Below are positions 1-7,070 of a DNA stretch of 64,000 bases, in pieces. The notes beneath the pieces are model-generated. The model had not been told where the DNA came from. It was given only the letters and a program-made list of their open reading frames with translations, and ran no database searches. This stretch comes from Mycobacteriales bacterium (GTDB lineage Bacteria > Actinomycetota > Actinomycetes > JAFAQI01). Numbering within the stretch: the first letter of the stretch is position 1; each line of letters opens with the position of its first letter. The stretch lies in contig DASTWK010000085.1 of NCBI GenBank assembly GCA_035776655.1, positions 1,141-65,140 on the forward strand, in the 5' to 3' direction. Position numbers and translations under genes: made by a program.

Positions 1-188
1 ACTCTCTGGACCAGTACGACTCCATGGTGAAGGAGAAGACGCTGGCCGACCCCTGCCCGCGTGACCCGCGGTGGCTGCAGATCCTGCCGTCCACCGAGCT
101 GGCTCCCTGGAAACGGTTCTGGCCGGTCGTTCCCACCTTCGCCCACGGCGGCATCTCCTACGGCGAGATCCGGCCCGGTCTGCGGTGA
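1..188 (+). CDS. 3' end of an unidentified upstream gene (5' part lies outside the window)
   Basis: Frame 3 is open from the window edge to TGA at 186-188 (...WKRFWPVVPTFAHGGISYGEIRPGLR*). Third codon positions are G/C-rich. The stop overlaps the GTG start of the next gene (GTGA). Family not recognised. Confidence 0.4.
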   Translation, partial: SLDQYDSMVKEKTLADPCPRDPRWLQILPSTELAPWKRFWPVVPTFAHGGISYGEIRPGLR

Positions 189-1015
189 GGCCGCCTGCCG
201 GCGCTGTCGTCACCGGTGCGGGTCGCGGTTTGGGCAAGCAGATCGCCGAGCTGCTCGCATCGCGTGGCCACACGCTGCTCGTCACCGACGTGGACGGCGA
301 AGCCGCGGCCGCGGCGGCCGCGTCGCTGGGCGATCGCGCCTTCGCGATGGCCGTGGACGTGCGCGACCACACGCAGGTCGAAGCGGCCCGTGACCAGATC
401 GTGGACCGCGCCGGGCGGATCGACACCTGGGTGAACAACGCGGGCGTCCTCGTGACCGGGCCGGCGTGGACCCAAGGCGCCGATCTGCGTCGCCTGATGC
501 TCGACGTCAACGCGCTCGGCACCGTCAACGGCACCGTCGCCGCCATCGATGCCATGCGCGGCACCGGTGGCGGGCACATCGTCAACATCGCCTCGCTCGC
601 CGGTCTCACCGCCGTTCCGGGTGAGGCGGTCTATGCAGCGTCAAAGCATGCCGTCATCGGCTTCAGCCTCAGCACGATCGCCGACCTTCGCGCTGCCGGC
701 ATCGATGACATCGACATCTCCTGCGTGTGCCCCGATGGCATCTGGACACCGATGCTGCACGACAAGCTCGACGACCCCGGGTCGGCCATGTCGTTCTCCG
801 GCAAGCTGCTGCAGCCCGAGGAGGTCGTGGCGGCGGTCGGGAGGTTGCTCGACCGGCCGCGTCTCGTCACGTCGTTGCCGCGGTGGCGTGGAGCCGCGGC
901 GCGAGTCGCCGCCGCCGCGCCGCGACTAGGTCTTGCGGCGATCCCGCTGACGCTGGCGCAGGGTCGGCGGAAGCAGCGCCAGCTGCGGGAGGCGGGCGGT
1001 CCACGGCGCGCCTGA
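185..1015 (+). CDS. Short-chain dehydrogenase/reductase (classical SDR)
   Basis: Motifs VVTGAGRGLG (TGxxxGxG), NNAG and the S...YAASK catalytic set. The track ORF starts at 71, but the upstream gene ends at 188, so GTG at 185 (VRPPAGAVVTGAG...) is the likely start. Confidence 0.85.
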   Translation: MRPPAGAVVTGAGRGLGKQIAELLASRGHTLLVTDVDGEAAAAAAASLGDRAFAMAVDVRDHTQVEAARDQIVDRAGRIDTWVNNAGVLVTGPAWTQGADLRRLMLDVNALGTVNGTVAAIDAMRGTGGGHIVNIASLAGLTAVPGEAVYAASKHAVIGFSLSTIADLRAAGIDDIDISCVCPDGIWTPMLHDKLDDPGSAMSFSGKLLQPEEVVAAVGRLLDRPRLVTSLPRWRGAAARVAAAAPRLGLAAIPLTLAQGRRKQRQLREAGGPRRA

Positions 1016-1032
1016 CGGTCACCGGATTCGAC

Positions 1033-1443
1033 ATGCATCGGCTGCCGATCGAGGATGGCGACATGGCTCATGACGTGTTCCCGCCGGCGACAGCAGCGAT
1101 GAGTGCCCGACGCAAGGCGTTGGCTCCGGAGACGCACGACGCGTTCACTGCGTTCAGCCAGCAGGTGTTCGCCGACGGCGCTCTGCCGGAGGTGACCAAG
1201 CAGCTGATCGCGGTCGCGGTCGCGCACACCACTCAGTGCCCCTACTGCATCCGCGGGCACACCAAGCTCGCGCACCGCAAGGGGGCGACCGACGAGCAGA
1301 TCATGGAGGCGATCTGGGTCGCGGCCGAGATGCGTGCCGGCGGCGCCTACGCGCATGCCGCGATCGCGCTCGACGCGCTGGACGGGCTCGACCCGTCGAT
1401 CCACAACCGCTCCGAGGCCTCCGGCTCCGCCGCCGATCGCTAG
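1033..1443 (+). CDS. Carboxymuconolactone decarboxylase / AhpD-like family protein (CxxC)
   Basis: VTKQLIAVAVAHTTQCPYCIRGHTKLA...EQIMEAIWVAAEMRAGGAY is the typical AhpD-core CxxC helix bundle. The track ORF (727) overlaps the SDR in another frame, so the first plausible start is ATG 1033 (alternative ATG 1063). Confidence 0.8.
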   Translation: MHRLPIEDGDMAHDVFPPATAAMSARRKALAPETHDAFTAFSQQVFADGALPEVTKQLIAVAVAHTTQCPYCIRGHTKLAHRKGATDEQIMEAIWVAAEMRAGGAYAHAAIALDALDGLDPSIHNRSEASGSAADR

Positions 1444-1605
1444 CGTCGGCCGGTGCGAGCGGCGTACGTCACGGCGCTGGGGCCACCGGACCCGATCGGG
1501 GTCGGTCAGCGCCTTACGTGCCGACCGTGACGGATGACGTTGTTCATCCGATATGGCGGTGTTGAGATTCGATCAATGCCCGTCCACCGGTGACGGAATC
1601 AGAGG

Positions 1606-4600
1606 ATGATGCCGCCTGTGAGCGTCACGGAGACGCCGACCGGCATCCTGACGTTCCTCATCGCCGACGTGCGCGGCTATACCGCGTTCACGCAGGCCCG
1701 GGGGGACGAGGCTGCTGCGCGCCTGGCTGACAAGTTCGCCGAGGTCATGCGCGAGGGCGTGGACGCCCACGGTGGCGAGGTCACCGAGCTGCGGGGCGAC
1801 GAGGCGCTGGCGGTGTTCTCCTCGCCCCGCGCCGCCGTCCGGGCGGCGATCGACCTGCAGATGGTGTTCGTCGACGAGACCGCGTTGGATCCAGCGTTGC
1901 CGCTCACCGTCGGCATGGGAATCGACGCGGGCGAGGCCGTGCCTGTGCAGGGCGGCTATCGCGGCGGGGCGTTGAACCTGGCCGCCCGGCTGTGCTCGAA
2001 GGCGTTGCCGGGCGAGGTGCTCGTCAGCCAGGGCATTGCACATCTGACACGAACGGTCGAGGGGATCGAGTTCATCGACGCCGGGGAGGCCGAGGTCAAA
2101 GGTCTCGCCGCGCCTGTGCCGGTGTTCCGCGCGCGGGCTGACCGGCCACCGCTTGTCGCTCCCGCCGGCGCCGGTGAGCTGCCGAGCGCTCTCGCGGCGG
2201 TGACGCCGGTCGTCGGTCGTGACGTCGAGGTGCGGAGGTTGCGGTGGTCGTGGCGGCTGGCGCGTCGCGGTGTGCCGACCACGTGTGTCGTCCTGGGACC
2301 GCCCGGCATCGGCAAGACGCGTCTGGTCGCGGAGCTGGCCGCGGCGGCGAGCCTGGGCGGCGGCGACGTGCGCTATGCGACGTTCGCGACCGGCGCACCT
2401 GACGTCGCGGAGCTGCTGGGTCTGCCCGCCGAGCGGCCGGCGCTCGTCGTACTGGACGACCTGGAGACGGCGACACCGCGGCAGGTCGCGTCGCTCGCCG
2501 ATACGGTCGCGCTGGCCTTGACCGGTGCCCGCATGCTCGTGCTGGTCGTCGAGGACGAGTCCGCGTCGACCGAGGTGCTCACGACCGCACGCCGCTTGGC
2601 CGGCGACGACCGGCACGTGGTGCGTCCTCGGCCGCTCACGCTCGACGAGATGGTGCGGGTCGCCGGCTTCTACGTCGGTGCGGCGGCTGATGTCGTGCCG
2701 CACGATGTGCTCGCGACGACCGGCGGCATTCCGCGGCTGGTGCACGAGCGGGTGAGCGAGTGGGCGCAGGGATACGCAGCCCGCCGCCTGGGCGACCTGG
2801 CGACGGCTGCTGCGTCCGGGCGCAGCGACCTGCGAACAGTGGAGTCGGACCTCGCCGGCACGGTCATCGACCTGCAGCAGGTGCGTGAGCAGGCGACGCT
2901 GTTCGGTCTCGGCCCCGGCCGGCGCGCCCCCGATCCGACGGACTCTCCCTACCGTGGCCTCGCCAGCTTCGACGTCGAGGATGGTGACGTCTTCTTCGGC
3001 CGGGAACGGCTCGTGGCCGAGCTCATCTCGCGCCTCGCGGGTGCCAACCTGCTCGGTGTCATCGGCGCGTCCGGCAGCGGCAAGTCGTCGGCGCTGCGCG
3101 CCGGGCTGCTGCCCGCACTCGAGTCGGGCGTGCTGCCGGGCAGCGAGCACTGGACGGTGGCGTTGCTGCGCCCGGGGGAGCATCCGATGCGCGCGCTCGA
3201 CCGTGCCCTTTGGTCGACGCTGCCGGAGGCCGTGACCGAACAGCTCGGTGATGGAGAGCCGGATCTCGGCCGCATCCGCACCTTGTTGCCGGACGGTTCA
3301 CGACTGATCGTGGTCGTCGACCAGTTCGAAGAAGCCTTCACGCTGTGTCAGGACGAGAGCGAGCGGGCGCGGTTCCTCGCCGCGCTCTCGGATGCGGGCG
3401 GGTCGACCGCCATGGGCGTGGCCGTCGTTGTCGCCGTTCGCGCCGACTACTACGGGCGGGTGGCGATCGACAGTGGACTGGCCGCGCTGATCGCCGGCAA
3501 CCACGTCCTCGTCGGGCCGATGACGGCTGAGGAGTACCGCCGCGCGATCGTCCAGCCGGCGCTACGCGTCGGGGCCGTCGTCGAGCCCGAGCTCGTCGAC
3601 GACCTGGTCGCGGAGGTGCTCGGTGAGCCGGGTGCGCTGCCGTTGCTGTCGACGGCGCTGCTCGAGCTGTGGGAGCACCGTGACGGTCGCACGCTCCGCA
3701 GGGCCTCCTACGTCGACACCGGCGGTGTCCATGGCGCCGTCGCGCGCCTGGCGGATGACGTCTATGAGTCGTTCGATGAGAACCAGCAGCGGATCGTGCG
3801 TGCAGTGATGCTGCGACTCGCCGGCCCGGGCCTGGGTGATGCGGTCGTCCGGCGGCGGGTGTCGCTGTCGGAATTCGACGTCGACCGGGACCACGAGGTC
3901 CGCCGGGTGCTCGACGTCTTGGCGGCACGCCGCCTCGTGACGATGAGTGATGGCACGGCCGAGGTCGCACACGAAGCTCTGTTGCGGGAGTGGCCGCGAC
4001 TGCAGGCGTGGCTGGAGGAGGACCGGGAGGGGCGCCGCCTGCGCGCTCACCTCGCCGCCGCGGCGCAGGAGTGGGTGGCGAACGCCAAGGACGAGGGCGA
4101 GCTGTACCGGGGGGCGCGGCTGTCGGCGGCATTGGACTGGACCACCCACCACACGTCGGAGCTCAACGAGGTCGAGCGCGAATTCATCACTGCCAGTCGG
4201 GAGCAGACGCAGGCCACGCTGCACCGTCAGCAGCGGCAGAACCGCCGACTGCGAGGACTTCTCGTCGGCGTCGTCGGGGTTTTGGTGTTGGCGCTGATCG
4301 CCGGTGGTGTCGCACTCGTGCAACGGCAGTCGGCTCAACGGTCGGCCCGGCAGGCGCTTGCCCGGCAGCTGGGTGCGGAAGCCGTCAGCGTGCCGCGCAT
4401 CGACCAGGCGATGCTGCTAGCCCGCGAGGGCGTGCTGCTGGACAAGACCTCCGACACTGCGGGGACCCTGCTCGCGACGCTGCTGCGGTCACCGACGTTG
4501 CAGGGGACGATGACGATGCCGATCCAGGTGCGACCGCAGCGTGTCGCTCTCGGCGCGGACGGCAGCAAGCTCGCGGTTGTCGGCAACGACGGCAAGGTCT

Positions 4601-6495
4601 ACTTCTTCGACACCAAGACCCGCAGGCTGACCGACAACCACGCGTACGGCGACTGGGGTGGGGCCGGCCTGTGGACTGTGGGTTCCGATTTCGCCTTTGA
4701 CCGCTACGACCCGAAGGCCAACAGTTACACGATTGAGGTCGTCGACGCGAAGACTCTGCAGCACCGGAAGACGCTGCAGTTCAGCAAGCTGTTCCTGAAC
4801 ACGCCGACTACCAGCCCGGCGTGCGTCAGCAGCACCGACGGGTCACGTTTCACCTGCGGCTACGCGGAGACGTCGCCGGACCGGTCGCAGGACAAGCAGT
4901 CCTACTTGGAGTCATGGGATCTGCGTAGCTCGTCACACCGGCTGCGCAAGGTGCCGGGCCGCGGCATGGACGTCGTAGGAGCGTTGCCCGACGGACAGGT
5001 CGTTGCGGCCACCGACAACGCAATCGTCACCGTCGACGGCGCCTCCCTCGCGACGAAGCGTCGCCTCGCGGTGCACCTCGGCCAGGGCACCGGCACGGTG
5101 AGTCCCGACGGCAGCACCATTGCGTGGCAGGCCGGTGGACCCACCGACGAGGTCTCGTCCACCTACTCGCTGCTCGACGTCGCCACCGGTCGCCTCACCG
5201 CGACGCCGGCAGCGCACGTTGCGGGGATTCAAGCGATGGGCTTCGACCCGTCGAGTCATTACCTGGTGACGACCGGCGACGATGCGCGTGTGGTCGTCTC
5301 GGACGCGCACACCGGCGCCGTGGTCGACACCCTCACCGGCCACTCCGGTCGGGTGCTGGGGCTGGCCTTCTCGTCGGACGGCAAGACGCTCTACACGTGC
5401 GCCCTCGACGGCGCGATCTTTGTGTGGGATCTGGGCAGTGGCGCGCGCTTCGGCCGGCTCGTCCACGTCGGAGCGTTGGACGGGCTGCCGGGCGCGCCGG
5501 CGATGGCACTGTCGCCGGACGGCGGGCGCTTCGCCGCTCGCGTCGGCCCCGGTCGCGTCCGTCTCTACTCCGTGCGCACACTGCGGGCTGTGGGCACGTT
5601 CACGGTGGGCGGCGGTGACGTCCACGCTCTTGCCTGGTCGCGCCGCGGCGTACTTGCCGTCGGCGAGACCGAAGGCGGCGTGCAGCTGTGGTCTACCGGT
5701 GCGACTCCGTCGCGGCTGCGAGCGTTGTCGCAGGGCGCCGGTGACGTCACCGACCTCGCGTTTTCACCGGATGGTGAGAAGCTCGCGGTGACGACCGAGG
5801 TGGAGCCCAAGGATCCCGCCAGCAACGCCCCAGCGACCGGTGGTGTCGGCATCTGGGATGCCGCCACCGGTCGGTCGGTGTCGGTGCGCCCGCTGAAGGA
5901 CCCTGGCTCGGCGGTTGCCTGGAGTCATGACGGTCGCACCCTCGCCCTGGCCTCGGGGCAGGGACAGCTCCAGGTGATGGACGTCGAGGGGCACGTGCGG
6001 CGGACCTTCGGTCACCTGTACGACGACACCATCACCGATGTCGCGTTCCTCGCCGATGGTGACCTGCTTGCCGGTGGTTACAACGGCATTGTCGTGCGAT
6101 GGGATCCGCGCACCGGCAAGCGCGTCGGGCACCCGGTGCTGACCGAGCCCGCACCGGTGTCCAGCATCGCCGTGTCGCCGGACGGGGAGCGCTTCGCCGT
6201 GAGCGGGGGCAGTTCCGGCGGTCTCAAGATCTGGGACGCGGCGACGCTGCAGCAGTTCGGCGCCACGTTCCCGGGCGGCGCCGGAACCTGGGGCAACGTC
6301 GCCTACACGCCCGACGGTGCGAACGTTGTTGTTGCCTATGGGGACGGAACCGCAGCGGTTTGGCCCGCGTCGGTGGCCGCCTGGATGCAGCACGCTTGCG
6401 CCGTCGCCGGACGCAACTTCACGCATGAGGAGTGGAGCCGGTTCGTCACCGGCCACGCCTACGCCAAAACCTGCCCCGGCTACCCGGCCGCCTAG
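1606..6495 (+). CDS. Giant multidomain signalling protein: class III nucleotidyl cyclase, AAA_16-like P-loop NTPase, nSTAND-type P-loop NTPase, TM helix, WD40 beta-propellers (1,629 aa)
   Basis: Uninterrupted ORF with AGAGGA 5 nt upstream of ATG 1606. Domain motifs are listed in the sub-features below. Codon usage is host-like. Confidence 0.9.
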   Translation: MMPPVSVTETPTGILTFLIADVRGYTAFTQARGDEAAARLADKFAEVMREGVDAHGGEVTELRGDEALAVFSSPRAAVRAAIDLQMVFVDETALDPALPLTVGMGIDAGEAVPVQGGYRGGALNLAARLCSKALPGEVLVSQGIAHLTRTVEGIEFIDAGEAEVKGLAAPVPVFRARADRPPLVAPAGAGELPSALAAVTPVVGRDVEVRRLRWSWRLARRGVPTTCVVLGPPGIGKTRLVAELAAAASLGGGDVRYATFATGAPDVAELLGLPAERPALVVLDDLETATPRQVASLADTVALALTGARMLVLVVEDESASTEVLTTARRLAGDDRHVVRPRPLTLDEMVRVAGFYVGAAADVVPHDVLATTGGIPRLVHERVSEWAQGYAARRLGDLATAAASGRSDLRTVESDLAGTVIDLQQVREQATLFGLGPGRRAPDPTDSPYRGLASFDVEDGDVFFGRERLVAELISRLAGANLLGVIGASGSGKSSALRAGLLPALESGVLPGSEHWTVALLRPGEHPMRALDRALWSTLPEAVTEQLGDGEPDLGRIRTLLPDGSRLIVVVDQFEEAFTLCQDESERARFLAALSDAGGSTAMGVAVVVAVRADYYGRVAIDSGLAALIAGNHVLVGPMTAEEYRRAIVQPALRVGAVVEPELVDDLVAEVLGEPGALPLLSTALLELWEHRDGRTLRRASYVDTGGVHGAVARLADDVYESFDENQQRIVRAVMLRLAGPGLGDAVVRRRVSLSEFDVDRDHEVRRVLDVLAARRLVTMSDGTAEVAHEALLREWPRLQAWLEEDREGRRLRAHLAAAAQEWVANAKDEGELYRGARLSAALDWTTHHTSELNEVEREFITASREQTQATLHRQQRQNRRLRGLLVGVVGVLVLALIAGGVALVQRQSAQRSARQALARQLGAEAVSVPRIDQAMLLAREGVLLDKTSDTAGTLLATLLRSPTLQGTMTMPIQVRPQRVALGADGSKLAVVGNDGKVYFFDTKTRRLTDNHAYGDWGGAGLWTVGSDFAFDRYDPKANSYTIEVVDAKTLQHRKTLQFSKLFLNTPTTSPACVSSTDGSRFTCGYAETSPDRSQDKQSYLESWDLRSSSHRLRKVPGRGMDVVGALPDGQVVAATDNAIVTVDGASLATKRRLAVHLGQGTGTVSPDGSTIAWQAGGPTDEVSSTYSLLDVATGRLTATPAAHVAGIQAMGFDPSSHYLVTTGDDARVVVSDAHTGAVVDTLTGHSGRVLGLAFSSDGKTLYTCALDGAIFVWDLGSGARFGRLVHVGALDGLPGAPAMALSPDGGRFAARVGPGRVRLYSVRTLRAVGTFTVGGGDVHALAWSRRGVLAVGETEGGVQLWSTGATPSRLRALSQGAGDVTDLAFSPDGEKLAVTTEVEPKDPASNAPATGGVGIWDAATGRSVSVRPLKDPGSAVAWSHDGRTLALASGQGQLQVMDVEGHVRRTFGHLYDDTITDVAFLADGDLLAGGYNGIVVRWDPRTGKRVGHPVLTEPAPVSSIAVSPDGERFAVSGGSSGGLKIWDAATLQQFGATFPGGAGTWGNVAYTPDGANVVVAYGDGTAAVWPASVAAWMQHACAVAGRNFTHEEWSRFVTGHAYAKTCPGYPAA
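1645..2133 (+). other. Domain: class III cyclase homology domain (aa 14-176 of the giant protein)
   Basis: ILTFLIADVRGYT (metal Asp D21), ELRGDEALAVF (metal Asp D65), GMGIDAGEAV, GGALNLAARL (N124/R128), GEVLVS. The pattern is parallel to the canonical cyclase at 30591-32156. Confidence 0.8.
2203..2760 (+). other. Domain: first P-loop NTPase module (AAA_16/STAND-like, aa 200-385)
   Basis: VVGRDVEVRRL... followed by Walker A VLGPPGIGKTRL and Walker B ALVVLDDLE. It occupies the same position as the ATPase that follows the cyclase in Rv0386-type mycobacterial cyclases. Confidence 0.65.
2944..4215 (+). other. Domain: second P-loop NTPase module, nSTAND1-like with helical/winged-helix extension (aa 447-870)
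   Basis: SPYRGLASFDVEDGDVFFGRERLV..LLGVIGASGSGKSSALRAGLLPAL (Walker A), RLIVVVDQFEEAF (Walker B), ALPLLSTALLELW, AHEALLREWPRLQAWL. This is the signature I associate with NTPases heading actinobacterial WD40 proteins. Confidence 0.7.
4255..4320 (+). other. Predicted single transmembrane helix (aa 884-905)
   Basis: RQQRQNRRLRG-LLVGVVGVLVLALIAGGVALV-QRQSAQR: 21 uncharged hydrophobic residues flanked by Arg-rich segments. Confidence 0.6.
4513..6405 (+). other. Domain: WD40 / beta-propeller repeat region (aa ~970-1600)
   Basis: Recurrent approximately 40-aa repeats with a D/S-G-x-LA core and WD-type ends: GKVYFFD, VVVSD..TLTGH, IFVWDL, VRLYS, VQLWS, VGIWDA, LQVMD, VVRWDP, LKIWDA, AAVWPA. The C-terminal tail is GRNFTHEEWSRFVTGHAYAKTCPGY. 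Confidence 0.75.
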
Positions 6496-6509
6496 AGGCG
6501 ATCCGCACC

Positions 6510-6533
6510 AAACCGCATGCGGACCTGCGGTTT
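6510..6533. terminator. Hairpin between the giant gene stop and the tRNA 3' end (possible bidirectional terminator)
   Basis: AAACCGCA (6510-6517) and TGCGGTTT (6526-6533) are perfect reverse complements with an 8-nt loop. The T/A runs are part of the stem on either strand. Confidence 0.35.
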
Positions 6534-6540
6534 CGCGAAG

Positions 6541-6612
6541 TGCCCCCGGCAGGATTCGAACCTGCGCTCCCGCCTCCGGAGGGCGGTGCTCTATCCCCTG
6601 AGCTACGGGGGC
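6541..6612 (-). tRNA. tRNA-Arg (anticodon CCG)
   Basis: The reverse complement folds as a cloverleaf: GCCCCCG-TA-GCTC-AGGGGATA-GAGC-A-CCGCC-CTCCGGA-GGCGG-GAGC-GCAGG-TTCGAAT-CCTGC-CGGGGGC-A. Length is 72 nt, with a TTCGAAT T-loop and anticodon loop CT-CCG-GA. No encoded CCA. Confidence 0.93.
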
Positions 6613-6683
6613 TCGGGCGGCATCGAGGCTAGCAGCGCAGCAAACTGATCAATTGGTGCGCGGCGGACGGGTAACCTCCAGTC

Positions 6684-7070
6684 GTGACTGCCGGACGGGT
6701 GCTTGTCGTCGATGACGACGATGTCATCCGGCAGCTGATCACGGTCAACCTCGAGCTCGAAGGCTTCGAGGTGATCGCGGCCAGCGACGGGCAGGACGCG
6801 CTCGACAAGATCAAGGACGTCAAGCCCGTCGTCGTGACTCTCGACGTGATGATGCCGAGGGTGGACGGCTGGGAGGCGGCAGCGCGGCTGCGCCAGGATC
6901 CCGACACCGCGCACGTCAAGGTCATCCTGTTGTCGGCGCGGGCGCAGGAAGCGGACATCCAGCGCGGCGAGCGCATCGGTGTCGACGCCTACCTCACCAA
7001 GCCGTTCGATCCGGACGAGCTCATCGAGACCGTGCGCCGGCTCGCGGACTCGGCGGCGGAGAGCGCGTGA
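6684..7070 (+). CDS. Single-domain response regulator (CheY-like receiver, no output domain)
   Basis: VLVVDDDDVIRQL..., phospho-acceptor context VVVTLDVMMPRVDG, LLSARA, and K in AYLTKPF. 128 aa, GTG start. Confidence 0.85.
   Translation: MTAGRVLVVDDDDVIRQLITVNLELEGFEVIAASDGQDALDKIKDVKPVVVTLDVMMPRVDGWEAAARLRQDPDTAHVKVILLSARAQEADIQRGERIGVDAYLTKPFDPDELIETVRRLADSAAESA

Noticed and set aside
1024-1031. GGATTCGA, identical to 8 nt of the tRNA-Arg T-arm region. I considered it as a possible att-site remnant.
   Set aside because: Only 8 nt match, which is expected by chance about twice in 64 kb on two strands. The site also lies in the short SDR / AhpD-like gene junction, next to the candidate start at 1033.
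1573-4338. Minus-strand ORFs of 536 aa (1573-3183), 264 aa (3338-4132) and 258 aa (3562-4338) nested inside the giant cyclase-STAND gene. I considered them as a possible antisense partner gene.
   Set aside because: Their composition is extremely Arg/Pro/Ala-biased and I recognise no motifs. The plus-strand frame carries continuous, well-formed domain signatures.
6317-6632. Track ORFs 6317-6601 and 6432-6632, which overlap the tRNA gene.
   Set aside because: They run through a canonical tRNA cloverleaf and the 3' end of the giant gene in alternative frames, so they are non-coding.
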